Source of the DNA: an uncultured Candidatus Cloacimonadota bacterium
GTDB lineage: Bacteria; Cloacimonadota; Cloacimonadia; Cloacimonadales; CAYQPF01
Assembly (NCBI GenBank): GCA_964419225.1
Contig: CAYQPF010000001.1
Coordinates: 45,424-109,423 of the forward strand
Direction of reading: 5' to 3'
DNA length: 64,000 bases
Of this stretch, positions 26,974 to 37,544 are shown piece after piece (the stretch's first letter is position 1; every line of letters starts with the position of its first letter). Position numbers and translations under genes: made by a program. Under the pieces are notes generated by a model, which saw nothing but the letters and a program-made list of their open reading frames with translations, was not told the origin of the DNA and did no database searches.

Positions 26974-27657
26974 ATGGAGAGTAATTTTATAATTGCTTTG
27001 GATGGTCCGGCATCCTCAGGAAAGAGTACGACAGCCCGCTTATTGGCGCAGCGGTTAAAATACATATATATTGATACCGGAGCCATGTATAGAGCATGTG
27101 CCTTGTTTTCAATAGAGAAGAAGATTGATCTGGACGATTTCAATGCGTTGGAATGGTTATTGGACAATGTCAAAGTCAGGATAGAGTATAATGAAGTTGG
27201 TAACCGGGTTATTTTGAATGATGAAGATGTAACGGAGCGGATCCGGGAAGCGGATGTGACCGAGATGTCTTCGAAGATAGCCACATTAAAGTTAGTACGC
27301 AAGAAGATGGTAGATTTGCAGAGGAGAATGGGTCGTGACGGCGGGGTCATCATGGATGGTCGTGACATTGGGACTGTAGTATTTCCGGGAGCAGATTTCA
27401 AGTTCTTTATTATAGCAGATTTGAAAACCAGAGCTCAGAGACGTTGGATGGAGTTCAAGGAAAAGGGGATCGAGAAGTCTTTGGAAGAGATTGAGAAAGA
27501 CTTACGCTGGAGAGACCGTAATGATACAAACCGTGAGGTTGGACCGTTACGTAAGGCGGAGGATGCGATCGAACTTGATACGACCAGTTTAACTATCGAA
27601 GAGCAGGTTAATATATTATACAATCTGATAGCCCGTCCTTATGAGAACGACCTATAG
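26974..27657 (+). CDS. cmk: Cytidylate kinase
   Basis: IIALDGPASSGKSTTARLLAQRL P-loop. YIDTGAMYRA. GRDIGTVVFP. Confidence 0.95.
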   Translation: MESNFIIALDGPASSGKSTTARLLAQRLKYIYIDTGAMYRACALFSIEKKIDLDDFNALEWLLDNVKVRIEYNEVGNRVILNDEDVTERIREADVTEMSSKIATLKLVRKKMVDLQRRMGRDGGVIMDGRDIGTVVFPGADFKFFIIADLKTRAQRRWMEFKEKGIEKSLEEIEKDLRWRDRNDTNREVGPLRKAEDAIELDTTSLTIEEQVNILYNLIARPYENDL

Positions 27658-28237
27658 GCTCATAACGTTCGCTATCCGGCAGTTATTCAGGATAGCCGGA
27701 CACTATAAGATTGTACATCCGGAGCGGATGCAGAGTATCCGGGGCAGTTTATTAGCCTCGAATCACTTATCGAATCTTGATCCGCCGATACTGGGTTCTT
27801 TGATACCCTTTGAGATCTTTTATCTAGGCAAAGCAGAATTGTTTAAAAACAAGATTTTTGGTGCCATCTTACGGCACATTAATGTAATTTCTGTGAAGCG
27901 TGGTGTATTGGATATGAAGGCGATCAAGCAGGTTCAGGGAGCATTAACGGATGGATATTCTGTATTGGTATTTCCTGAGGGCACACGTCGGGGCAAAGTG
28001 ATCAAGCCCGGGGTGGGTTTATTTGCGATGAGTGTAAAGAAGCCCATAGTTCCCATATATTTGGAGAACACGGACGAAGTGGGTGCCTGTATGTTATTTA
28101 AAAAGAGAATGAAGATGGTGATAGGTGAACCGATCCCGGTGGAGTATTTTTCGGACTGGGAGGAGAACAAGGCGAGTTATCAGAAACTTGCAGATTATAT
28201 TTTTGAAAAGATTCAAGAGTTGAAGCATGAGTGTTAG
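27641..28237 (+). CDS. plsC: 1-acyl-sn-glycerol-3-phosphate acyltransferase
   Basis: HX4D motif NHLSNLD. VFPEGTRRG. Overlaps cmk and ispH. Confidence 0.85.
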   Translation: MRTTYRLITFAIRQLFRIAGHYKIVHPERMQSIRGSLLASNHLSNLDPPILGSLIPFEIFYLGKAELFKNKIFGAILRHINVISVKRGVLDMKAIKQVQGALTDGYSVLVFPEGTRRGKVIKPGVGLFAMSVKKPIVPIYLENTDEVGACMLFKKRMKMVIGEPIPVEYFSDWEENKASYQKLADYIFEKIQELKHEC

Positions 28238-29123
28238 GATAGCCCGGAATTCGGGGTTTTGTTTTGGAGTGAAGAGAGCCATACGATTGGCTATGGAGAC
28301 TTCGAGAGAGCATGAGAGCATAGTAACATTGGGTCCGATCATCCATAATCCGCAGATGGTTGACAAGCTGAAGGCAGAGGGGATAGAGTCTGTGGATCAT
28401 CCTGACGAGATCAGGGGCAGGACCACGATAATCCGTTCGCATGGTTTACCTAAAGATGAATTGAGTGTATTAGAGAAGCTTAAGGTTAAGATTATTGATG
28501 CCACATGTCCTTATGTTTCGAAGACCCAGCAGTACGGTTTTCAGTTGAGTCGGGAGAATTACACGGTAATAATACTGGGTAATGCGGATCATCCCGAGGT
28601 GATAGCTTTGAAGTCTTTTATAGATGGTGAAGTGATCATAGTGAAGAATGCCGGGGAGTTGGAGCAGCGACAGTACTCGAAGATAGGAGTGATCTGCCAG
28701 ACAACGCAGAACATTGAGAATCTGAGAGAGTTGGTTGTGAAGTTATTGGACTTGAGTAATGAGGTAAGGGTAATCAACACGATCTGCAATGCGACGAGCA
28801 TACGGCAGGAATCGACTTTAGAGCTTGCCAGAAAGAGTGATGTGATGATAGTTATAGGAGGCCGGAACAGTTCGAACACTAAGATGTTGGCAGAGATCAG
28901 CCAGCAATATGTGGAGACCTGGCCCATAGAGACAGCTGAGGAGTTAAGTCCTGAGTGGTTTGAGGGCAAGACGGATATAGGTATAACAGCAGGAGCATCG
29001 ACTCCGGATTGGATAATTTTAGATGTCTATAATAAAATAAATAAAGTAATTGGGGATTCTGAGGCGGACATCACGCGGATCGAGGATATTCCTGGTTATA
29101 AGGAGGAAGGTAATGTCTTTTAA
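28227..29123 (+). CDS. ispH: 4-hydroxy-3-methylbut-2-enyl diphosphate reductase
   Basis: NSGFCFGVKRAI, GPIIHNPQ, DATCPYV, ICNAT (three Cys ligands). Confidence 0.93.
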   Translation: MSVRIARNSGFCFGVKRAIRLAMETSREHESIVTLGPIIHNPQMVDKLKAEGIESVDHPDEIRGRTTIIRSHGLPKDELSVLEKLKVKIIDATCPYVSKTQQYGFQLSRENYTVIILGNADHPEVIALKSFIDGEVIIVKNAGELEQRQYSKIGVICQTTQNIENLRELVVKLLDLSNEVRVINTICNATSIRQESTLELARKSDVMIVIGGRNSSNTKMLAEISQQYVETWPIETAEELSPEWFEGKTDIGITAGASTPDWIILDVYNKINKVIGDSEADITRIEDIPGYKEEGNVF

Positions 29124-31014
29124 CAATGAATTGGACAACAACATCAATCAGGAAAATTTGGTGAAACCACCAGTTGCTGAGAAAGTCGGTAAATCTGAAG
29201 ACGATATGATCGCCATGTATGAGCAGTCTTTCAGCAATATTGAGCCAAACCAGATTGTAGAGGGAACAATTGTCAGTGTTAATGATAAGGAAGTCATGGT
29301 AGATATTGGATATAAATCTGAAGGATCTATACCCATCCATGAATTTTCTTCACTCACCATGCCCAAGAAAGGCGATAAACTGAGTGTCTGGATCAATGCA
29401 GTCGAGGACGATGAAGGCAAGTTGAAGCTTTCTAAGAAGAGAGCTGATTTCGTTATTAACATTGAAAAGATGAAAGTCATATTTCAGAATAATGAAACAG
29501 TACAGGGAGTGCTGAGACGGCGCGTCAAAGGAGGCATGATAGTAGATGTTCTTGGTTTAGAAGCTTTTTTACCCGGATCACAAATTTCTTTAAAACCGAT
29601 ACCCAACCTGGATCAGTTTATTGGTAAAGAATCACAGTTCAAGATCATTAAATTGGATGAAGAGAGAAGAAACATCATAGTTTCACGCAAGAAAGTGTTG
29701 GAAGAGGAAAATGAGAGCAAGAAAGTTCGTTTGAAAGAGAAGATTCAGATTGGAGCTGAGCTTGACGGAGAAGTAAAGAATATTACAGATTACGGTGCAT
29801 TCATTGATTTAGGCGGCATGGACGGCTTGCTCCATATAACCGATATGTCCTGGGGTCACATTAATCATCCCTCAGAACTTTTGAACATCGGCACAAAGAT
29901 CAAGGTAAAAGTAATTGGCTATGATGATGCCAATCAGAGAGTATCTTTGGGTCTGAAACAACTTGTTCCTCATCCATGGGAGAACATAGAAGCCAAGTAT
30001 CTGGAAGGCACAAAAGTAAGCGGTAAGGTAGTGAATCTTGTTAATTACGGTGCATTTATAGAGCTTGAGCCGGGAGTAGAAGGTTTGATCCATGTCTCAG
30101 AAATGAGTTGGACCAAGAAGATCAATCATCCTAAGCAATTAGTGAAGATTGGAGATTCTGTAAATGCCATCGTTTTATCAGTATCCAAAGAAGATCAGAG
30201 AATTTCTTTGGGAATGAAGCAGATGGAACCTAATCCCTGGTTAACAATTGATGACAGATATCCACTCGGTTCTACCATAACCCGCAAGATCAAGAGTTTA
30301 ACTCAGTTCGGTATCTTTGTGGAAGTTGAGCCAGAGATAGACGGATTAGTACATATTTCTGATATATCCTGGACCAAGAGAGTATATCATCCGAAAGAAA
30401 TGTTCCGCAAGGGACAGGAAATTACGGCTGTTGTATTATCAGTAGATACAGCGATGAAGAAAATTGCTCTTGGAATCAAGCAAATGCATAATGATCCATG
30501 GGAAAATTTAGCAGAGATTTTACCGGTCAATTCCGAGATTAACGGAATCATTAGCAAGATAATCCCCAAGGGAGTATTGGTTGATGTAGAAGTTAACGGT
30601 GGATTTGTAGAAGGTTTTGTTCCTATTACTCATTTAGCGATCACCAAACTGGAAAAACCGGAATGGGCATTTGATATGAATGAAGAAATTCCTCTCAAGG
30701 TCATTGAACTTGATATGGAAAACAGAAGACTTATACTCAGTGTAAAAGCGTTCTTCTTTGCCAGAGAGAAGGAAGTATTCAGTGATTTCCTGAAACTTCA
30801 TGAGCAAAGAATTAAAGAAAGAGCACCACACGGTGTCAGCAAAATGGAAGAGAGTAATTACGATGCACATGATGAAGAATATCCGACTCATGATGAAGTA
30901 TATGCAGCACATGCAGAAGTAATGGAAACTCCGGAAGAAGTTTGCGAAGCTCCTGTGGAAGCTATCGAACCTACAGAAGAAGTAGAAGTTCAGGAAGAAA
31001 AGACTGAAGAATAA
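29113..31014 (+). CDS. rpsA: 30S ribosomal protein S1 with acidic C-terminal tail
   Basis: The internal ATG after AGGAGG gives MSFNNELD. Six S1 domains (e.g. GTIVSVNDKEVMVDIGYKSEGSIP; GEVKNITDYGAFIDLGG). I trimmed the track ORF start (29050). Confidence 0.93.
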   Translation: MSFNNELDNNINQENLVKPPVAEKVGKSEDDMIAMYEQSFSNIEPNQIVEGTIVSVNDKEVMVDIGYKSEGSIPIHEFSSLTMPKKGDKLSVWINAVEDDEGKLKLSKKRADFVINIEKMKVIFQNNETVQGVLRRRVKGGMIVDVLGLEAFLPGSQISLKPIPNLDQFIGKESQFKIIKLDEERRNIIVSRKKVLEEENESKKVRLKEKIQIGAELDGEVKNITDYGAFIDLGGMDGLLHITDMSWGHINHPSELLNIGTKIKVKVIGYDDANQRVSLGLKQLVPHPWENIEAKYLEGTKVSGKVVNLVNYGAFIELEPGVEGLIHVSEMSWTKKINHPKQLVKIGDSVNAIVLSVSKEDQRISLGMKQMEPNPWLTIDDRYPLGSTITRKIKSLTQFGIFVEVEPEIDGLVHISDISWTKRVYHPKEMFRKGQEITAVVLSVDTAMKKIALGIKQMHNDPWENLAEILPVNSEINGIISKIIPKGVLVDVEVNGGFVEGFVPITHLAITKLEKPEWAFDMNEEIPLKVIELDMENRRLILSVKAFFFAREKEVFSDFLKLHEQRIKERAPHGVSKMEESNYDAHDEEYPTHDEVYAAHAEVMETPEEVCEAPVEAIEPTEEVEVQEEKTEE

Positions 31015-31023
31015 AAACATAGA

Positions 31024-31054
31024 GGGCGAACATAGTTCGCCCTTTTTCGTTTTG
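31024..31054 (+). terminator. Rho-independent terminator after rpsA
   Basis: gggcgaa-catag-ttcgccc followed by tttttcgtttt. Confidence 0.8.
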
Positions 31055-31063
31055 AATAAGGAC

Positions 31064-31114
31064 GGACGCTTAATAGAACGCGGATTGACGCAGAAACCGA
31101 GGTTAATCGCAGAT
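31064..31114 (+). repeat. GGACGYTTAATAGAACGC-family intergenic repeat
   Basis: ggacgcttaatagaacgcggattgacgcagaaaccgaggttaatcgcagat. Confidence 0.8.
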
Positions 31115-31166
31115 TTGAAAATTATTGTTTCGAAGCAAAAGAAGTATATTTTTTTCTAATAATAAC

Positions 31167-31838
31167 ATGATTAAAGAATTAGTGAAGTTGCCATTTCCCG
31201 GAGAAGAGATCTATCAATTCAAAGGTGGTAATTGCATAACTTCAGACACAGCATTTTTAAGCGATACAATCAAAGCATATATAAATAATCAGCACAAGCA
31301 TATTCTGGAACTTGGATCTGCAAACGGGATAATTCTGTTTATGCTGCATTACTGGTTTCCGGAAAAGAACTATCTTGGTCTGGAAATCCAGGAAGAATTA
31401 TCTGCTTTGGCTGAAGAGAATAAGCAATTATTAGCACAAAGAAAGAGTATTGAGCATATTGATTTTAAATGTTTTGATCTGAGACATGCAGCGGAATATT
31501 TTTCTGCCTGCAGTTTTGATTTAATTTTTTCCAACCCTCCTTTTTATCCTGTGGATAAAGGTTTGATCAGTCCTAACAAACAAAAGGCAATATCCCGGCA
31601 TGAGCTAACTTGCACGATGTATGATATACTGAGCGTGATAAGTTTTCTTTTGTCAGAAACAGGTATAGCACTGGTGATGTATCCTGGTTTTCGTGCTGAA
31701 GAAATGGTGCAAAGAGCAGAAGAATTCAAATTAAAGATAGTCGAGAAAATATCAATTGACAAAAACACTTGCAATAGTGACTTTCCCAAGAATAGAATAA
31801 TATATATATTGAAAAAATCTGAAGAAAAGTTGGAGTGA
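31167..31838 (+). CDS. SAM-dependent methyltransferase, TrmN6/YfiC-like (tRNA m6A37-type NPPF motif)
   Basis: SAM motif ILELGSANGII. Catalytic IFSNPPFY. The start is uncertain (track start 31125 is TTG). Confidence 0.6.
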   Translation: MIKELVKLPFPGEEIYQFKGGNCITSDTAFLSDTIKAYINNQHKHILELGSANGIILFMLHYWFPEKNYLGLEIQEELSALAEENKQLLAQRKSIEHIDFKCFDLRHAAEYFSACSFDLIFSNPPFYPVDKGLISPNKQKAISRHELTCTMYDILSVISFLLSETGIALVMYPGFRAEEMVQRAEEFKLKIVEKISIDKNTCNSDFPKNRIIYILKKSEEKLE

Positions 31839-31839
31839 A

Positions 31840-32607
31840 ATGAGAAAGAGTATAATTGTTCAGTTTCTGATTGCCTTAATCCTTTTGGCAGCATGGAGTT
31901 TTGGGATAGTTGTCTCACAACAGTATATGAATACGATATATGGTAATTTGTATAAATATCCGATATTGGTATATTCCTATGATTTTGACAGGCTGAACAG
32001 ATTGAAAGTGGATTTGGACAAGGTTACTTTTATAACAGAGATAACCTTGGAGAAGTCGGCAGATTTATCAGCTGCTTTGCAGAAGAAATATCAGTTGGAT
32101 AATGCTCAGGAGATATTGCAGAACAGTCCCTTACCCAATTTACTGGTGATACGTTATGAGGGATCGAATCGTCAGCAATTGCAGGGGATAATTTTTCAGA
32201 TTAACAGTTATGACAAGACAATGCTTTTAGAATATCGGGAGAGTGCCTGGGATGAGATTTTTAACAATGCTTATGATTTTAAGCAGAAAGCAGATTTATT
32301 TTTATGGTTATGGGTTGCATTTTCTCTCTTTTTTCTAATCATATCACGCATAAAATATGAGAATATAAATTATCCCAAGTTTGCTGATCCTTCAAACAGA
32401 ACCCGTAGTTATATACTCCGATATGGAGTAAACACATTAATGCTGAATGTCATACCCTTTATTTTTGTATATTTGGGTTACAATTTATATTTATCTATTA
32501 CAAATTTAAGATTTCTTATACCTGAGAATGAGATCACAAAGCAGATTATTGTATATTTGATAGCTGTGATTCTTCCCTTTTTTATCGTTAAATTGAGACA
32601 TGATTAA
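31840..32607 (+). CDS. Membrane protein, FtsX-like topology (tentative)
   Basis: N-terminal TM helix, then an extracytoplasmic segment with NSPLPNLLVIRY resembling the FtsX ECD, then 3 C-terminal TM helices. Confidence 0.4.
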   Translation: MRKSIIVQFLIALILLAAWSFGIVVSQQYMNTIYGNLYKYPILVYSYDFDRLNRLKVDLDKVTFITEITLEKSADLSAALQKKYQLDNAQEILQNSPLPNLLVIRYEGSNRQQLQGIIFQINSYDKTMLLEYRESAWDEIFNNAYDFKQKADLFLWLWVAFSLFFLIISRIKYENINYPKFADPSNRTRSYILRYGVNTLMLNVIPFIFVYLGYNLYLSITNLRFLIPENEITKQIIVYLIAVILPFFIVKLRHD

Positions 32608-33172
32608 AAGACATATTCCCAACATCTTAACTGTTATCCGGGTGATATTGGTTCCGGTTTATCTATATGTATTTTATAATTTACCGCAACCGTATGGTGT
32701 ATTCTGGGGTTTGATCATCTTTATTGTAGCGAGTATAACAGATTATTATGATGGGATGTTGGCCAGAAAATTTAAAGTGATCAGCAATTTCGGGAAGATC
32801 ATGGATCCTTTAGCAGACAAGATCCTGGTTATAGTTGCTCTATTTACGCTAACAATAAATCCTGTGTTGTATCTGCATTGGATAGTAATTGCGATAGTAT
32901 CATTTCGGGAATTAGCAGTTACCATATTACGTGATATTTATGCACGTAAGGGCATTTACATTGCAGCCAATAATTGGGGGAAAATAAAAACAGTACTCCA
33001 GATGACCGGAATAATTGCAGCCTTATTGTACTATGTTTTGAGTAACAGTTTTCTGCTTTTTAAGCCGTATAATTATTCCATTGTATTGGGAATACAGATA
33101 TTTTTTGGAGTTGTAACCTTTGTGACAATTATGTCCGGGCTGAATTATTTTATCATAAAACGAAATAAATGA
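32600..33172 (+). CDS. pgsA: CDP-diacylglycerol--glycerol-3-phosphate 3-phosphatidyltransferase
   Basis: CDP-alcohol phosphatidyltransferase motif DYYDGMLARKFKVISNFGKIMDPLADK. Confidence 0.9.
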   Translation: MIKRHIPNILTVIRVILVPVYLYVFYNLPQPYGVFWGLIIFIVASITDYYDGMLARKFKVISNFGKIMDPLADKILVIVALFTLTINPVLYLHWIVIAIVSFRELAVTILRDIYARKGIYIAANNWGKIKTVLQMTGIIAALLYYVLSNSFLLFKPYNYSIVLGIQIFFGVVTFVTIMSGLNYFIIKRNK

Positions 33173-33179
33173 GGAAAAG

Positions 33180-34244
33180 ATGAAGAGAATTTTTATGCTG
33201 TTGCTGGTATTAGCAATGTTTACGGCGTGCGAAAGAATGGAGAAAGGCAATCATTATAAACCGCAGAATGCCTCAGTGATTGATAATAGGAAACCCTCTT
33301 CCTGGGGTCATTTACAGACAATTTATGTTTTTGCCGATGATCATGTTTGGAAGTATGCAGAAGGTCATTTAAGACAAACCTTAGAAAGGGAGTTTTTCAC
33401 AACTCAGAATGAGAAGTTGTTTGAAATAGAAAGAGTTCCGTTATCAGCTTATGATTCCCATTCCAGATTCAACAATATTCTGATTCTGGGTAATTTACAG
33501 TCAGTTGATTCAGTTTCAATGTTTGTGAAAAAGCTTGCAACACCTGAAATGGTAGATCTTACAAAAAAGAAGCTGGGGTCAATTTTTGTGAATAATAATC
33601 TGTGGTCAAGTGATCAGGTGACGGTATTCTTAATGGGTACCACAGAAGAGAACTTGTTAAAATTGAATATTCTGCAAGCCAATATGGTATTCAAAGTATT
33701 CAAAGAAAAGTTAGCCAATCGGTTGGAAAGACAGATATATCAGCCTCAGGTTTGGGAGGAAAAGATCTTTAAATCTCTGCCTTATACAATCCAGGTTACG
33801 AAGAATTATCAATTGTATAAAAGTGATTCAGCCAATAATTTTGTGTGTTTTTTATACAGATCAATGCAAAAATCAGGAGACAAGCCGGATAAGTACATTT
33901 CAGTATATACTGAGAAAATGGAATCAGATAAGATTAGTAAAGAATGGCTTTATGAAACGAGAAAAAGGTTAGCCTGGAAATATTACGATCAGGATGAAGT
34001 AATCAAAGCAGATGCTCAATATGCAAAACAGAATATCTGTGAGCATGCGGGAATGAAAATGAATGGCAGATGGCAGAATCAGAAGTATTCTGTGGGTGGT
34101 ACATTCCAGACCTTTGCTTTTTGGGATGAAGCCACAAAAACAGCTTATTTGATCGATAACAGTATCTATTTTCCAGCAGGCTTTAAATTGGTATATTTGC
34201 TGGAATTGGAAATAATGTCTAATACATTGAAAATCAAGAAGTAA
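33180..34244 (+). CDS. Lipoprotein, unknown function (possibly DUF4837-like)
   Basis: MKRIFMLLLVLAMFTAC lipobox. The family assignment is from memory only. Confidence 0.5.
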   Translation: MKRIFMLLLVLAMFTACERMEKGNHYKPQNASVIDNRKPSSWGHLQTIYVFADDHVWKYAEGHLRQTLEREFFTTQNEKLFEIERVPLSAYDSHSRFNNILILGNLQSVDSVSMFVKKLATPEMVDLTKKKLGSIFVNNNLWSSDQVTVFLMGTTEENLLKLNILQANMVFKVFKEKLANRLERQIYQPQVWEEKIFKSLPYTIQVTKNYQLYKSDSANNFVCFLYRSMQKSGDKPDKYISVYTEKMESDKISKEWLYETRKRLAWKYYDQDEVIKADAQYAKQNICEHAGMKMNGRWQNQKYSVGGTFQTFAFWDEATKTAYLIDNSIYFPAGFKLVYLLELEIMSNTLKIKK

Positions 34245-34274
34245 TACAATCATTATGTTTTGAGGAGTAAAAAG

Positions 34275-35411
34275 ATGAAAAGATCCACAACCTTAGCTCT
34301 AATTATCCTGGTTCTGGTAGTAAATATTTTTATAAGTTATTTGTTTGCAACGGGAAAAGAGAACAGTAATTTCATGAAACGTGTCAATTTAAACGATAAT
34401 GTAACCTTAAACCGTCAGACTTCTATAACACAGGCTGTGCAAATGATTGAACCGGCCGTGGTAAGTGTGAATGTGCTTAAGACAGAAATAGTAAGATCAA
34501 ATCCTTTTTATGATGATCCTTTTTTTGGTGGTTTTTTTGGTGGTGCACCGATGAAGAGAGAGGTTCAGAGTTTAGGCTCAGGGGTAATATATTCAGAAGA
34601 TGGCTATATTATCACCAATGCACATGTTGTTGAGGGTGCGACAAAGATAAAAGTTATTCTTACGGATGGCAGAGAATTGGATGCTAAGTTATTAGGCATA
34701 GATAATCTGCAAGACATAGCAGTGATAAAAGTAGATGATAAAAAATTGCCAATTGCTAAGATAGGTGTTTCTTCAGATCTGATAATAGGTGAATGGGTAA
34801 TTGCTGTCGGAAATCCGTATGCTTTTTTGATCAAAGATAGTAAGCCCAGTGTTTCAGTTGGTGTAATTTCTGCCGTAGATAGGAATTTTACGCAGAAGCA
34901 GGATGGCAAGTTATATAAGAAGATGATTCAGACAGATGCAGCGATAAATCCCGGGAACAGTGGAGGACCATTAGTGAATATCAATGGTGAAGTGATAGGG
35001 ATCAATTCTTTTATATTTTCAGAAAATGGGGGAAGCGTGGGCATTGGTTTCGCCATTCCTATTGATAAAGCCAAGAAAATTGCCCAGGATATCATCAAAT
35101 ATGGTAAAGTCAGGCAGGCATTCTTTGGATTTATGGTTCAGGATTTGAATCAAATGATAGCTAATTATCTGAATATCAACACCAAAGAGGGAGTAATCGT
35201 CACAGTGGTTAATGAGAACAGCGGAGCTGAAAAAGCCGGATTAAAGAGAAGTGATGTTATCTTAAAAATCAACAACAATCCCATTAAGAATGCTCAGGAT
35301 GCGGAAATGGCCGTAGGTGATGTCGCACCAGGGGATGAAGTAAAAGTACAAGTGAAACGGGGTGACAAAGAAGTTGAGATTGTCTTTGTAGCTGAGGAAT
35401 ATAAGAAATGA
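34275..35411 (+). CDS. htrA: HtrA/DegP-family serine protease with one PDZ domain
   Basis: Catalytic triad contexts ITNAHVV, DIAVIKV, GNSGGPLVN. C-terminal PDZ (GVIVTVVNENSGAEKAGLKRSDVILKINN). Confidence 0.9.
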   Translation: MKRSTTLALIILVLVVNIFISYLFATGKENSNFMKRVNLNDNVTLNRQTSITQAVQMIEPAVVSVNVLKTEIVRSNPFYDDPFFGGFFGGAPMKREVQSLGSGVIYSEDGYIITNAHVVEGATKIKVILTDGRELDAKLLGIDNLQDIAVIKVDDKKLPIAKIGVSSDLIIGEWVIAVGNPYAFLIKDSKPSVSVGVISAVDRNFTQKQDGKLYKKMIQTDAAINPGNSGGPLVNINGEVIGINSFIFSENGGSVGIGFAIPIDKAKKIAQDIIKYGKVRQAFFGFMVQDLNQMIANYLNINTKEGVIVTVVNENSGAEKAGLKRSDVILKINNNPIKNAQDAEMAVGDVAPGDEVKVQVKRGDKEVEIVFVAEEYKK

Positions 35412-35977
35412 AGTTATTGAAAAAGAGGATACTGGATTCTGCCATTGTTTTGAATGAAAATGTACTGAAAGTGGACAATTTCCTCAATCATCTGATAGAT
35501 ATTGAGTTAGCCAATGAAATCGGCAAAGAGTTTGCTGAAAGATTTAAAAATAAAAAGATAACTAAAATCTTAACTATTGAGGCTTCGGGAATAGGTATAT
35601 CATGTGTTACTGCACAATATTTCGGGGTACCTGTACTCTTTGCTAAAAAGCAAGACAGTATCAATATGGAAACAGATAAATTCGTATCTCAGGTACATTC
35701 TTTTACCAAGAACAGAGATTATCATATTTTTGTATCCAAAAAGTATCTTTTACCTGAAGATCATGTCCTAATTATAGATGATTTTCTGGCTAATGGATCA
35801 GCCTGCAAAGGTTTGATAGATATAGTCAGACAAAGTAAGGCCACACTTGAGGGAATTGGAATTGTTATTGAGAAAGAGTTCCAGCATGGCAGGTCTCAAA
35901 TTCAGGATAAAGAAGTGCAAATTGAATCGCTGGCTATAATTAGTTCATTAAAAAATAATCAGGTGGAATTCAAATGA
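35408..35977 (+). CDS. xpt: Xanthine phosphoribosyltransferase
   Basis: MKLLKKRILDSAIVLNENVLKVDNFLNH. PRPP motif VLIIDDFLANGSA. Confidence 0.9.
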   Translation: MKLLKKRILDSAIVLNENVLKVDNFLNHLIDIELANEIGKEFAERFKNKKITKILTIEASGIGISCVTAQYFGVPVLFAKKQDSINMETDKFVSQVHSFTKNRDYHIFVSKKYLLPEDHVLIIDDFLANGSACKGLIDIVRQSKATLEGIGIVIEKEFQHGRSQIQDKEVQIESLAIISSLKNNQVEFK

Positions 35978-36453
35978 TTTTTGATTTGATAGACAATGCT
36001 ACACAGTATTTTCCTGGCAGTACGGCTTGGGAGAGAGTGTTTAAATTTTATTGGGAATATATTGAAAAGGGATTTCTCCTTGGGATTACTGAGATTGAAG
36101 GTCGAAACTTGTATGCCTCGGTATCAGAGTATGAGACGAAGTCTGCTGACAGTGCTTTATTTGAGACTCATCAGGAATATATTGATGTTCAGATAATCCT
36201 TTCCGGGGCAGAAATTATCAGATATTGTCCCAGACCCGATGTATTAGAAGACAGAGCCACAGAATATGATACAGAAAAAGATGTGGAATTCTTTAGACAG
36301 ACATCAGACAGGGCTGTTGATCTGGTCATGAAACCTGGAAGCTTTGCTGTATTCTTTCCAGAAGATGCTCATCTGCCACAGTTATCCTATGGCAAGGAAG
36401 CCTGTCAGGTGAAGAAAGTAGTGTTTAAACTAAGTATTAGCAGTCTAATTTGA
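35974..36453 (+). CDS. YhcH/YjgK/YiaL family protein (DUF386, EbgC-like cupin)
   Basis: MIFDLIDNATQYF...YASVSEYETKSADSALFETHQEYIDVQIILSG...FAVFFPEDAHLP. Confidence 0.8.
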   Translation: MIFDLIDNATQYFPGSTAWERVFKFYWEYIEKGFLLGITEIEGRNLYASVSEYETKSADSALFETHQEYIDVQIILSGAEIIRYCPRPDVLEDRATEYDTEKDVEFFRQTSDRAVDLVMKPGSFAVFFPEDAHLPQLSYGKEACQVKKVVFKLSISSLI

Positions 36454-36461
36454 GAAATAAC

Positions 36462-36490
36462 TTGACGGATCGTATTATGATTTATATATT
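36462..36490 (+). promoter_or_regulatory. Sigma70-like promoter
   Basis: TTGACG - 17 nt - TATATT, about 105 nt upstream of the 36597 ATG. Confidence 0.35.
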
Positions 36491-36596
36491 ATGTTAAGTG
36501 ATATATAAGAAATAAAAAGCTTTTTGCTTTAGTATTTGCCAGACAGAAAATTGGTGGCATGCTCAAGTGAAAGAAATATTTTCTTAAGGATATGGA

Positions 36597-37544
36597 ATGA
36601 GTAAATATAAAGAGATTGAACTAAATAATTTGAAAAAATATTCTGTTGCAGACCGCAAGAGTAAAGTGGATTTGAAAGAATTTTCACATGTCGCTGATCT
36701 TGATTTGTCTTCTTTCTGGAATTGTATTCCAGATATTTTGAAAGGCAAAGATATGAAGGAATTGATTGAACAGACATTTCAGGCTTATAAAAACGGACGA
36801 AGTATCATCATTGGTTTAGGCGGGCATGTGATCAAATGCGGTTTAACACCTTTACTGATTGAGATGATGCGGTTGGGAGCAGTGCAGAGTTTTGTCTCAA
36901 ACGGCTCGGTTACGATCCATGATTTTGAGATAGCCAAGTTCGGGCAGACTTCCGAGGATGTAGCCGTAGCTCTTGAGGATGGTTCTTTCGGAATGGCGAG
37001 GGAAACCTGTGACGGGATCAATATGATTATCAGAGAAGGTTCAAAGACAGGATTGGGCTACGGTGAGAGTATCGGAAAACACCTTAGTGAGACCGCCGAA
37101 AACAAGGGTATCTCGCTCTTGGCTAATGCTTATGATTACAATATACCTTTTTCTGTAAGTGTAGCAATAGGCACTGATATTGTCCACCAACACGAAACTG
37201 CTGACGGGATGAGTATTGGCGACTGCTCTATGCGGGATTTTCGCATTCTTTGTGAGCAATTGAAGAATTTAAATGATGGTGGTGTATTTCTCAACTTTGG
37301 TTCTGCTGTTGTCATTCCCGAAGTATTTCTCAAGGCTTTGACAGTTGTCCGTAATCTGGGCAATGAGGTTAAGAACTTTTATACAGCCGTGTTTGATATG
37401 AATATGCATTACCGGCCTCAGACGAATATAGTTTATCGGCCCACTTTATCGGGTGGAAAAGGTTATTACTTTGTTGGTCATCATGAAATCATGATCCCTC
37501 TTTTTCTGCTTAGTCTAAGAGAAAGGATATTGCAAGATGCGTAA
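36597..37544 (+). CDS. Deoxyhypusine-synthase-like family protein (tentative)
   Basis: The overall pattern GLGGHVIKCGLTPLLIEMMRLGAVQSFVSNGSVTIHDFEIA resembles the DS-family core. Assignment by eye only. Confidence 0.35.
   Translation: MSKYKEIELNNLKKYSVADRKSKVDLKEFSHVADLDLSSFWNCIPDILKGKDMKELIEQTFQAYKNGRSIIIGLGGHVIKCGLTPLLIEMMRLGAVQSFVSNGSVTIHDFEIAKFGQTSEDVAVALEDGSFGMARETCDGINMIIREGSKTGLGYGESIGKHLSETAENKGISLLANAYDYNIPFSVSVAIGTDIVHQHETADGMSIGDCSMRDFRILCEQLKNLNDGGVFLNFGSAVVIPEVFLKALTVVRNLGNEVKNFYTAVFDMNMHYRPQTNIVYRPTLSGGKGYYFVGHHEIMIPLFLLSLRERILQDA

Noticed and set aside
26431-27401. Minus-strand ORFs 26431-26640, 26609-26956 and 26928-27401
   Set aside because: The first two lie on the repeat mosaic (SPFSPYSPF is a translation of ATGGACT units). 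The third is antisense to the confidently identified cmk.
36529-36777. 82-aa minus-strand ORF overlapping the start of the 36597 gene
   Set aside because: It is antisense to the promoter and 5' end of a longer plus-strand gene, with no SD and low-complexity content.
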